Shown: positions 1 through 8,246 of the stretch, in pieces
How positions within the stretch are numbered: position 1 is the stretch's first letter
How the letters are laid out: each line of letters opens with the position of its first letter
Source: Chlamydiota bacterium
GTDB taxonomy: Bacteria > Chlamydiota > Chlamydiia > Chlamydiales > Parachlamydiaceae
Direction: 5' to 3'
Assembly: GCA_013287915.1 (NCBI GenBank)
Contig: JABDCX010000001.1
Span: 8,876 to 72,875, forward strand
DNA: 64,000 bases
Notes under the pieces: generated by a model
Told to the model about the DNA's origin: nothing
The model's database searches: none
Seen by the model: the letters and a program-made list of their open reading frames with translations, nothing else
Translations under genes and position numbers: made by a program

Positions 1-1
1 C

Positions 2-76
2 GAGATTGTGCAGATCCGCGACGGAATTATCGTAGTGCCAAAGGGAGTGACGATCCCCGATGGCTTTGTGCTTTAG
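2..76 (+). CDS. 3' end of a CDS cut by the window edge (product not determinable)
   Basis: Open frame from nt 2 reads ...EIVQIRDGIIVVPKGVTIPDGFVL, then TAG at 74-76. It is too short for the ORF track. The tail faintly resembles the C-terminal beta-helix of sugar-nucleotidyltransferases, but that is a guess. Confidence 0.3.
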   Translation, partial: EIVQIRDGIIVVPKGVTIPDGFVL

Positions 77-89
77 AGAGCACAACAAC

Positions 90-3000
90 CTATAACCCTA
101 ATGCTTCGACCAATGCTACTTTTAAGTTTTTTACAAGGTAAAGATTTGGCAGGGTTAACTCAGTAACTTGTTCACTGCCATTATATTTAATATTTTCTCC
201 AGAACAATTAGCTGCACTAGCTTTCAAGATACTATTAACCTTAGCAAGTTTGCCTGCTGCAATTTTAGTTCTATCAACACTAAGGGTACAGCCCATGATA
301 AAAATAATATCTGCGATACTTTCAGGTGCAGACGTCATTGAGACAGGCCTGCTTAGTTGCGCTAATTGTCGTTTCATTTCTTCCATGTCTTCTGCTAGCT
401 TTGCATGATCCTTTACTAATGCATCATTTTTGGCTTTTTCGATACGCAGTTGCATGGCATTCAGCTCTGCTTGATCTTTTACCAACCTCGCCTCCTTAGA
501 TACTTGACTCAATTCTGTTTTGTCGCCACGCGATAGTTTGGCAGCCAACACATGCGATGGAACGCGCTCGGACGTTTTCACTAATCCTGCAGCTAGTGCT
601 TCTCCCTCTGTTTTTTCTAAGCGATAACCATAAAGCTCAGGTTCTGTGCCGCTCCCGCTAAAATAGTGTTCTTTGGGGTTTGCAGATGTTTTAAGTCCGG
701 GCCGTTGAAATACGCCAAAGGCAGTCCAGTTTTCCCCTGCTTGCTTGGTGGCTATGTCCTTGTCTTTGAATTTCCCTTTGAGTTCGCTGAATTTCTGACC
801 GAGTTTCTGCCAAAATCCCTGGGCTTTAGTTTGCGAGCAGACGCGAGCGACGCTGGAAACAAACTGATCATTCAATGCTTGGTTTTGGTACTCCCCTGCC
901 CACAAGTATGCAACTATCAATTTAACTGCGAACTCGGCTAAGATGCCGGCACTGTCGGGGGTGACATGTTTCAATTGTTCTTCATACATCAAAGCCAATG
1001 TATGTGAAGTTGTCTCTGTTAACTCATCAAGCTCTTTGAAGCTGACGACAAGTTCGGTCATCTGAGCGATTTTTGCCTTGTCGTTATTTCCACTCTGTTT
1101 GTTGGCAAACCAGACGCCTGCCTGTATAGCATAGCCTAACCACGTAGCGACAGCTTGGCTTCCCGGCAGGGGTATCGACTCACCAGCCAGTGAAATGACT
1201 TGAATGGCTTTATCTGTGTTTGTTAAGGCCGTATTGACTACCAAGCCGCTTTCAATGACCTTGTAAGCTAAAAACATCTGCTGCAGCTTATTTTGAGCAA
1301 CACGATAAAATCGCGCCAGCTCTTGGTGGTTCATAATATATTCTTTTTCGGCCAAATTAGCTTGCTGCGTCTTGTAGTCTTGCATCAGCAGATTTTGAGT
1401 CTCTTCCAAGACGGCCATCCGCGCCTCTAATTCGAGACGCGCATTTCCTGTAGCCTTTTCTACCTGCCTCCTGACACGGTCCATCTCGATTTCTTGTTGT
1501 TGACGCAGTTGTTCGTTTTCCTGCAATTGCTTTTGCATTTCACGTCTAACGTCACTTAGAAGGGATTTATAGTCCGCTGCCGTTTGCGAGGATAAAGTTT
1601 CAGCCACTTTATCTACATGCTGCCTTAATTCTTTGGCCAACTGTTCAGTATGGATAGTCGTTTGTTGCGCTTGGGCAGCGACGGCAGCTAATGATGTCAC
1701 AGCGCTAGGTGCGGCAGGCATTGCTATCAACGCATTGACACTAACCGCTGGAATTGCCGGAGATGGCAGATCTAGATAGGTTGTGGTGATATAACCTTTA
1801 ATATTTCCTTGTTTACAGTAAGTCCATCCAGACTCTTTCCAACCATGTGGATCTTCGTCTAAAACTTGGACGAGATCTCCTTCTTTGATGGTCAGGTCAA
1901 ATTCATGACTTGCTGTATAATCATACAGGACTTTCGTTAACTTCAAACCGTCAGGCGCAGCAGCTAAAGTTTGTTTTGGTACAACTGTTTTAGCAACAGA
2001 AGAAGAGGATCCTGAGAAGGATTCTCTTGGTTGTTTCTCTAATGTTTGACGTAAAGTACCGCTGGATGAGCTTGCTTGAGAAGTTGTTGTGCGTGACGTA
2101 GAGGTCGTAGTTGTTGTATTAGCTTGCCTTCTACGCTCTTCAATCAACCTTTTGCCCTCATCGGTCAACCATCCACAGCCATCATATTTAATATCCTTTA
2201 GCCGTGGGCATTGCTTTAAAATGGCTTGAATTAACTCGTCCGAAATGCACGTATGAGATACATCTAAACGCTCTAAACTCTTCGAAAAAAGTGCGGGCAC
2301 CTCATCGACACGTAATTGATTTTGGAGTAGTCGCATGACAGGGTGATCTGATATTCTCTGGGATTGATTGGTATCTGCTCCATTTAGAGAGTATTCGAAT
2401 AAGCTCCACGATTTGATGAAATCATTCGAAACTGCCGCTAAATTACCGTTGTGGAGGAAAGCAGGACGGATCACATCTTTTGATTTAGTAATCAATTTTT
2501 TAAGCATCGTCCCACTCTCTATCTCCCAGATCATCATCTCACGGTTTTGTGTGCAACCCGCAATCAAGCCATTAGGCAAGGCGAAGAGTTGTACAACAGA
2601 AAGAGCATAAGGACCCTCCTTAAAGGATCTAAATAGCTTACCGCTCTCAACGTTCCAAATCTGAATCGTACCATCTCTAAAACCACATGCAAGCATTCCA
2701 TTTGGCAGTGCGATGATAGATATCATATGGTTTTGGTGTGCGTCGATGGACTTTACTAAGACACCACTCGCAATATCCCAAAGTTGAATCTGGGACTCTT
2801 TCGTCACGACTGCCAATAAGCCGTTCGGTAAAACAAGTAATCTATTAATACGATGACCCGTCTCCAGGGACTTCATCTCTATGCCGTTTTCATTCCAGAT
2901 TCCAATCTTTGAGACGCCACTATTAGTTGTGACAGTTGCAAGCAACCCTCCAGGTAACGCCATTATGTCCTCGACAACAGATAACCCATTGTGTGAAGTA

Positions 3001-3572
3001 TGTATATCCAACCTTGTCTCAACCGCAGGATTGTCGAAATTCCAAAGATAGATACTACAGTAGTTAGTCATTGCAACTATGTTATTTAACAAGGAAGCTA
3101 ACTTGGTCCATGTGGAACTAACTTCCTTGTCAAAAGACTTAACTAGCGTGCCGGCATTAAAGTCCCAGAACTGTAGTGTATCATCGTTTACGCCGACAGC
3201 AAACAAGTTGTTTGAGAGCACAGCAAGACTAAACCCCTTCTCAGTATAACTGGGAGTTGACTCCCAATACGTGGTTACTGGTTCTGCATCCGTCTCAAGA
3301 AACCGAGCTTGCAAGGACATCTCCGTCATCTCGTCGTTATTTGCTCTATCGGAAGAAATTGGAGAAACTGTCGGTGAAGAAGGTCGAATAGTACGTTGTG
3401 TAGAGCTTTGTGCTGCTGAGTGCGGCGCCAACCCTCTTTGAACTACTGCGTTGATCTGACTACTTATTGAGGCTGACGAAGCATCCGAATTTCTACTTGA
3501 AGCTGGCAATGTTGAAGTGCCTTGACCATGAACGACAGCTACACGGCTATTATTATTTAATCCAAACGACAT
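90..3572 (-). CDS. Large eukaryote-like multidomain protein: Ser-rich disordered N-terminus, 7-blade WD40 propeller, Cys-containing LRR segment, Thr/Ser linker, SH3 domain, long coiled coil, unknown C-terminal region (candidate secreted effector)
   Basis: Seven WD-type blade endings are visible (LQFWDF, IYLWNF, IGIWNE, IQLWDI, IQIWNV, MMIWEI, IKSWSL) with recurring LPNGxLA strands. LERLDVSHTCISDELIQAILKQCPRLKDIKYDGCGWLTDEG resembles FBXL/AMN1-type Cys-LRRs. LYDYTASHEFDLTIKEGDLVQVLDEDPHGWKESGWTYCKQGNIKGYITTTYL matches the eukaryotic SH3 ALYDY...G.iP.nYv pattern. The aa ~640-760 stretch is rich in E/Q/K/L heptads. Confidence 0.8.
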   Translation of the reverse strand: MSFGLNNNSRVAVVHGQGTSTLPASSRNSDASSASISSQINAVVQRGLAPHSAAQSSTQRTIRPSSPTVSPISSDRANNDEMTEMSLQARFLETDAEPVTTYWESTPSYTEKGFSLAVLSNNLFAVGVNDDTLQFWDFNAGTLVKSFDKEVSSTWTKLASLLNNIVAMTNYCSIYLWNFDNPAVETRLDIHTSHNGLSVVEDIMALPGGLLATVTTNSGVSKIGIWNENGIEMKSLETGHRINRLLVLPNGLLAVVTKESQIQLWDIASGVLVKSIDAHQNHMISIIALPNGMLACGFRDGTIQIWNVESGKLFRSFKEGPYALSVVQLFALPNGLIAGCTQNREMMIWEIESGTMLKKLITKSKDVIRPAFLHNGNLAAVSNDFIKSWSLFEYSLNGADTNQSQRISDHPVMRLLQNQLRVDEVPALFSKSLERLDVSHTCISDELIQAILKQCPRLKDIKYDGCGWLTDEGKRLIEERRRQANTTTTTSTSRTTTSQASSSSGTLRQTLEKQPRESFSGSSSSVAKTVVPKQTLAAAPDGLKLTKVLYDYTASHEFDLTIKEGDLVQVLDEDPHGWKESGWTYCKQGNIKGYITTTYLDLPSPAIPAVSVNALIAMPAAPSAVTSLAAVAAQAQQTTIHTEQLAKELRQHVDKVAETLSSQTAADYKSLLSDVRREMQKQLQENEQLRQQQEIEMDRVRRQVEKATGNARLELEARMAVLEETQNLLMQDYKTQQANLAEKEYIMNHQELARFYRVAQNKLQQMFLAYKVIESGLVVNTALTNTDKAIQVISLAGESIPLPGSQAVATWLGYAIQAGVWFANKQSGNNDKAKIAQMTELVVSFKELDELTETTSHTLALMYEEQLKHVTPDSAGILAEFAVKLIVAYLWAGEYQNQALNDQFVSSVARVCSQTKAQGFWQKLGQKFSELKGKFKDKDIATKQAGENWTAFGVFQRPGLKTSANPKEHYFSGSGTEPELYGYRLEKTEGEALAAGLVKTSERVPSHVLAAKLSRGDKTELSQVSKEARLVKDQAELNAMQLRIEKAKNDALVKDHAKLAEDMEEMKRQLAQLSRPVSMTSAPESIADIIFIMGCTLSVDRTKIAAGKLAKVNSILKASAANCSGENIKYNGSEQVTELTLPNLYLVKNLKVALVEALGL

Positions 3573-3995
3573 TGATCCTCACATATTAGAGTTTTTAAGC
3601 TCAGAAAACACAAAGCTTCATTCTTAAAATTTTGATACCATGCGTTTTTATAGGGCGAAATTATATCCCCAAAAAAACAAACCTGTCAAGATAAGAACCT
3701 ATCCCAGTAAAAATTTTCGTCGTTTTCGGGATTATATTGAAAAGCTAAATAAGCATGTAAAACAACGGACACAAGACTGTCGATCATTTCGTTGATCTCA
3801 CCAATATGATCGAGATCGGCTGAGAGCCCGAAGCTTGCGAAGGGAGACTGATTCATCAAGATGAGTTATGAAGATTATCTATCTCTTTGTGACTTTGTGT
3901 TTAAATAAAAAATCACATACAGTTGAACACAAAGAGGCAAGACTTTCGAGCGCTTCTATGACTTTTGCACTATCTCTTGAGGACAAGAATTTGAA

Positions 3996-4760
3996 ATGGC
4001 AATCTGGGCTTTAGCTGATTTACATCTTTCGTTTGGCGTTCCCAATAAGGAAATGAGTGTCTTTGGGGAGCGGTGGGCTGGCCACCCAGAGATCATCCGC
4101 GAGAATTGGTTAAAGGTGATCAAAGCAGACGACCTCGTCCTGCTGCCGGGTGATATCTCGTGGGCGATGCATCCGGAGGAAGCTGTTGCCGATCTTCAAT
4201 GGATCGATGCCTTGCCCGGAACCAAGGTGATGATCCGCGGCAACCACGATTACTGGTGGTCTTCCATTAGAAAACTTAAAGACATTCTCCCTCCGTCGAT
4301 CCACTTGGTGCAAAACGACGTCTTTCGTTGGAATTCGGTCGCAGTTTGCGGCGCGCGTTTGTGGGATACGCCGGAGTTTAGCTTTGGCGGCTACGTCCAA
4401 ATGACGGATAATCCCCGGGCAAATAAGCTGATCCAAGTCGAAGAGCCACAAGCGATCGAAAAGATCTTTTTGAGGGAGTTGGGGCGGTTGGAACTAAGCC
4501 TCAAATGCCTTCCTAAAGACCCCAAGATTTTTAAAATTGCAATGGTGCACTATCCACCGATTGGCCCTGACTTAAAGCCATCTCGCGCATCGGCGCTACT
4601 AGAAAAATATGGAGTGAACGCCTGTGTCTTTGGACATTTGCACAATGTCAATCCCGGCACGCTCCCCTTCGGAACGAAGAATGGGATCACCTACACATTC
4701 ACCGCATGCGACTACGTAAAATTCATGCCCGTCGAAATTAAACCTAGAAACGGCAGTTGA
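3996..4760 (+). CDS. Calcineurin-like metallophosphoesterase
   Basis: Ordered metallophosphoesterase motifs are present: ADLH, PGDISW (GD), GNHDYWW (GNHD/E), and GHLH near the C-terminus. Confidence 0.8.
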   Translation: MAIWALADLHLSFGVPNKEMSVFGERWAGHPEIIRENWLKVIKADDLVLLPGDISWAMHPEEAVADLQWIDALPGTKVMIRGNHDYWWSSIRKLKDILPPSIHLVQNDVFRWNSVAVCGARLWDTPEFSFGGYVQMTDNPRANKLIQVEEPQAIEKIFLRELGRLELSLKCLPKDPKIFKIAMVHYPPIGPDLKPSRASALLEKYGVNACVFGHLHNVNPGTLPFGTKNGITYTFTACDYVKFMPVEIKPRNGS

Positions 4761-4795
4761 AAACGCCGGGAAGTTTTCCCGGCGTCTATCTTGGG

Positions 4796-6829
4796 TTAGC
4801 GGATGGGGCAGGCACCGGTCGCGCACGCTTCGTGCGGCTCTTCAAATCTTGCCTCGATTCCCGCGTAGTCGATCTCTTTGAGTTTTGCGACGTACGATTC
4901 GTACCCTTCCTTGGTCGTCACTTCTTGCGGTAAATAGGCGTAACCCAAATCTTCCGCATTCTTTGTGGGGTCATTGCGGAACAGGAATGAAACGCCCACA
5001 TACGATTCCCAATGCTTTTGCAGCCAATCGATAATCGCTGGCACTTCGGAAGGATCGTAAGAAACGGTATTGGAGACGTTCTGTTCACACCAAGTTTCTT
5101 GCAACAAGCGGTACCACTCGAGCTGAGCCACAGCTGATTCTGTGTTGATCTCGACCTCTTCCACTTTGCCATTCTTACGCGTTACAGTTGTGCGGCTGAA
5201 TGGAATATTTTCGTATTTCACAGGGAATTTCACCAGGACCGACTCTGGCTCGTATGGCTTTTCAATGACATGGTAGCCAGCGGCGCGGAATCGGGGCACA
5301 AGGGGATCGTGCTTCGAATAGGTAATGTTATTAAACAGGTACTTGCCTAAAGGTAGATGAACCCCTTCAGGCACTTCACCCCACTCTTCTGTTCCCATGA
5401 TCTTGCTCAATGTACCGCTCGGTTTTACGCAAGTGACGTTCTTGGGTAAGGGAGCATTGAGTTCATTTGCCATGCTATAGGCGGCGCTGACAGTGATGTT
5501 TCTCATCCGCTTAAAGTCATAAGCGGTCAAATCGGGGCGCGCGCGGATCCCGGTCAAACCGACTCCACACAAATGGAGGAATTGGTTGTTCAGGTGCCAC
5601 GCTTCTTGTAAAATCTCATCGCGCAAATTCACCATCGTCTGGCGGTAGTTCATCCGTCCGGCGATGTACAAAGCGCGCTCAAGCCCGACTTTATCGCCTT
5701 TGAACGCCAAGACATTCACTTCGGTCAAATTGCAGAAGCTCTTATTGCCGAGCAAAATCTCCACACATGGATTGCATCCTTTAAACCAAGGCGCTCTTCT
5801 CTCTGCTTCAGCGGCGTTGATAAAACCAGGCTCAGATCCGCCCGATTCAAGCATCATTTGGAATACGCGTTCTAACTCATCTCGAGAAGGTTTTGTGCGG
5901 AACAACAGACTGTTGTTCGATTGTTGACGGTGAGCATTGCCTTTCAACCACCAATCTTTCTTTGCCAAGGCAAACTCTTCCCATTCGGGTTGGCCATACT
6001 CAAAAAGAGCAATCTGTGCAGAACGGCGACTGGATAAAATTGTCCCAAGCCAATTGACGATGTCGAGAATGTCTATACGAGTCAAAAGTTGGTCGGCTCG
6101 GTTGGATAATATTTGCGCAATGGCTTTAAACGCTTTAGAAATTTGCTCATCACCAGAAGAGATCCAGCCATAACCTTTCAAACGGGTACCGGCTGGGCGT
6201 ATTTCAGAAAAATCAAGGACCAGTGATTTGGCTGGGAACTTTCCTGCAACGAGCTTGCCAATCGCTTTTGCCCATGCAATTGCAGAATCTCCGACTTTAA
6301 TCGTCCATGTGTATGTTTCGGGGTCATATGTCTCGACGTTGTGTTGTACTCCACCTTTTGCCGTGCGTAAGGAACGGATGACGCGGATTTCGTTAAGGGG
6401 GCGTCTAAAACCATTTAATGTACCTGTAATTGGCCTAAAACCGACTCCACAACCCTGTAGCAATAACCATAACACATCGACCATATCATAAACGGTCTCT
6501 ACATGGGTGTAAGAACAATTAAACATGCTCGATTCGCGCGTTTTACTGAGCTCAGTTCCCCCAAGCCAAAGCGTGCGTCCGGATGCGGAAATGCAGCGGT
6601 TCAAAATGAGATGTCTCATTTCTTCCAGCTCATCATCTTCCCTTTCACTTAAGGAACGGCCAAGTGCCCTTTCCCACAGCCAGCGTTGGTGGGATGTCAC
6701 CCGATCGACGACCTGTTCCCAGCCCTCAAGCAATGTTTCCCCTTCGTGAACAGGACGATGATACGTTCGTAATGCGGTAGCCATAGCCCGCGATGTTGGT
6801 TTTGTCATACCCTCTCTCCCCCTAAGCAA
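4796..6829 (-). CDS. rtpR: Adenosylcobalamin-dependent ribonucleoside-triphosphate reductase (monomeric class II RNR, Lactobacillus leichmannii RTPR type)
   Basis: NPCVEI (thiyl-radical Cys loop, cf. NPCGEI) is followed by FCNLTEVN (cf. CNLFEV). Also present are SGRTLWLGGT, MFNCSY, GCGVGF (cf. GGGVGF) and the C-terminal redox tail CATGACPIR (cf. CEGGACPIK of RTPR). The comparison is made from memory of the L. leichmannii sequence. Confidence 0.75.
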   Translation of the reverse strand: MLRGREGMTKPTSRAMATALRTYHRPVHEGETLLEGWEQVVDRVTSHQRWLWERALGRSLSEREDDELEEMRHLILNRCISASGRTLWLGGTELSKTRESSMFNCSYTHVETVYDMVDVLWLLLQGCGVGFRPITGTLNGFRRPLNEIRVIRSLRTAKGGVQHNVETYDPETYTWTIKVGDSAIAWAKAIGKLVAGKFPAKSLVLDFSEIRPAGTRLKGYGWISSGDEQISKAFKAIAQILSNRADQLLTRIDILDIVNWLGTILSSRRSAQIALFEYGQPEWEEFALAKKDWWLKGNAHRQQSNNSLLFRTKPSRDELERVFQMMLESGGSEPGFINAAEAERRAPWFKGCNPCVEILLGNKSFCNLTEVNVLAFKGDKVGLERALYIAGRMNYRQTMVNLRDEILQEAWHLNNQFLHLCGVGLTGIRARPDLTAYDFKRMRNITVSAAYSMANELNAPLPKNVTCVKPSGTLSKIMGTEEWGEVPEGVHLPLGKYLFNNITYSKHDPLVPRFRAAGYHVIEKPYEPESVLVKFPVKYENIPFSRTTVTRKNGKVEEVEINTESAVAQLEWYRLLQETWCEQNVSNTVSYDPSEVPAIIDWLQKHWESYVGVSFLFRNDPTKNAEDLGYAYLPQEVTTKEGYESYVAKLKEIDYAGIEARFEEPHEACATGACPIR

Positions 6830-6850
6830 TTATAGCAGATAAATTAGTGA

Positions 6851-6869
6851 AATACCACAACATATGGTA
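6851..6869. promoter_or_regulatory. Imperfect palindrome upstream of the RNR gene (possible NrdR-box-like operator)
   Basis: ATACCACAACATATGGTAT has ATACCA/TGGTAT arms. The core CCACAACATATGGTAT matches about 11/16 positions of the NrdR box consensus acaCwAtATaTwGtgt. It lies about 20-40 nt upstream of the rtpR start codon. No clear second box was seen. Confidence 0.2.
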
Positions 6870-6972
6870 TCTAGCTACAAGCCCAACCTCAATAGCTTGT
6901 ATTCTGCCCTTGATATCGCTTTTTCCCTTTTTTAAGTCAAGGAACGATTGCAACGGGCTGTAAGATAAAAAT

Positions 6973-7989
6973 TTAAGATGATAATTGTTTGATCAAAACG
7001 GAGAATCCAGGGTCGTTCGAAGCCAGAGACTTATCTAATGAAATTCCCTTTCGTTGTTCAACAATTGCCACAATTGCTTTTTCGACAGCTTCGCGGTCCA
7101 ACCGGTGGTAAAAATCGGCGCAATACGACAAAAGACATCTAAAATCGTCTTCCCGTTCAAGAAGCGGGATGGTGTGTTTCACTACCTGCTTAAATGAATC
7201 TTCATCTCCGTAGCGTACGAGGAATGACAACAACTCAAAATTAAACGCCGCATCTTCGTGTTTCAAACGCTTGATCAACTGTTTGACGAGCTCCATCGCT
7301 TCCTCTTCGGCCCCTGAGGCGGCTAGGGCACGTGCGTGAAGCAGCTCAAACCATTTGCTTACGGGAACATAGCGGAAAAATCCCTCAAGCAATTCTGTAG
7401 CGTATACATCATTCCCAGCATCGAGTTGCTCTGAAATATAGTCAGCCAAAAAACCCTCGACATCATTGGCACAATAACTTTGAATCGCCTTAAATGCCTC
7501 TTCCGGCTTAATTCCTTCATCGCAATTCTCATCGAGGAACATCTGCAAATTCGCAATCATATCTTCGATCGCTTCGTTGTCGACGCTTTCACTATGGTCG
7601 TACACATAGATCAAATAATCAACTTCATCGCAAAAAATTGATAAAGAAAGCCGTTCTGGCAGCAAGCGGCGCCACAGCTCAAAAACGATGAGATAGATCT
7701 GCCCTTCGACGCGCTTGTCTTCTTCCGTTTCCCCACTAAGAACCAGCGCCAATTCTTCTGGACTATCTACCCTGGCAGCTTCTTCCATAAAGGAGTGTTT
7801 ATCGATCGAAAATCCTAAATCTTCCAGTTTTTCGAAAAGGGTATCGAGAGCCATCACGCGATAATCTTCGATTTGCCACGGCTCAATAGATAAGGTGGGA
7901 TCCTCCACCCAATTCATCCGCATATAATTGTAGTAAGCTCGCCCTTGAAAATTCATATCTTTAGCATAGTCAATTTGATCTATTCTCAC
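6973..7989 (-). CDS. Hypothetical acidic cytoplasmic protein
   Basis: A long ORF with no competing frame. It has no signal peptide and no motif I can name. Confidence 0.6.
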   Translation of the reverse strand: MRIDQIDYAKDMNFQGRAYYNYMRMNWVEDPTLSIEPWQIEDYRVMALDTLFEKLEDLGFSIDKHSFMEEAARVDSPEELALVLSGETEEDKRVEGQIYLIVFELWRRLLPERLSLSIFCDEVDYLIYVYDHSESVDNEAIEDMIANLQMFLDENCDEGIKPEEAFKAIQSYCANDVEGFLADYISEQLDAGNDVYATELLEGFFRYVPVSKWFELLHARALAASGAEEEAMELVKQLIKRLKHEDAAFNFELLSFLVRYGDEDSFKQVVKHTIPLLEREDDFRCLLSYCADFYHRLDREAVEKAIVAIVEQRKGISLDKSLASNDPGFSVLIKQLSS

Positions 7990-8154
7990 AAGCCCGTAAG
8001 AGACAATTGCAGAAGTAGGTTTTAGGCGGGTATTGAGCGATTTTGGCTAGGTTCTGGGTTTTGTCGCAACTCCACATACTCTTAAATCTCCTTTTTGACT
8101 CTAAGGATAGCCTCAGAACCAAACAGATTACGCGATCAATCAGGACTGATCTTC

Positions 8155-8237
8155 AACGCAGAGGCGGGGAGACGCAATGACGCAGAGAAATGGCTGCTTG
8201 CCCCCTCTGCGTCTCTCTGTCTCCCCGTCTTTGCGTT
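8155..8237. repeat. Long imperfect GC-rich inverted repeat (about 33-nt arms, 17-nt loop) immediately downstream of the batD-like gene
   Basis: Left arm AACGCAGAGGCGGGGAGACGCAATGACGCAGAG (8155-8187) pairs with right arm CTCTGCGTCTCTCTGTCTCCCCGTCTTTGCGTT (8205-8237), about 26/33 complementary. There is no U-tract on either strand. Confidence 0.6.
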
Positions 8238-8246
8238 ACATTAAGG

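Noticed and set aside
3640-3795. 51-codon basic ORF (MRFYRAKLYPQKNKPVKIRTYPSKNF...) in the 423-nt region between the effector-like gene and the phosphoesterase gene
   Set aside because: It has no Shine-Dalgarno and a Lys/Arg-rich composition expected from AT-rich non-coding DNA, with no recognisable family. It was kept only as a note.
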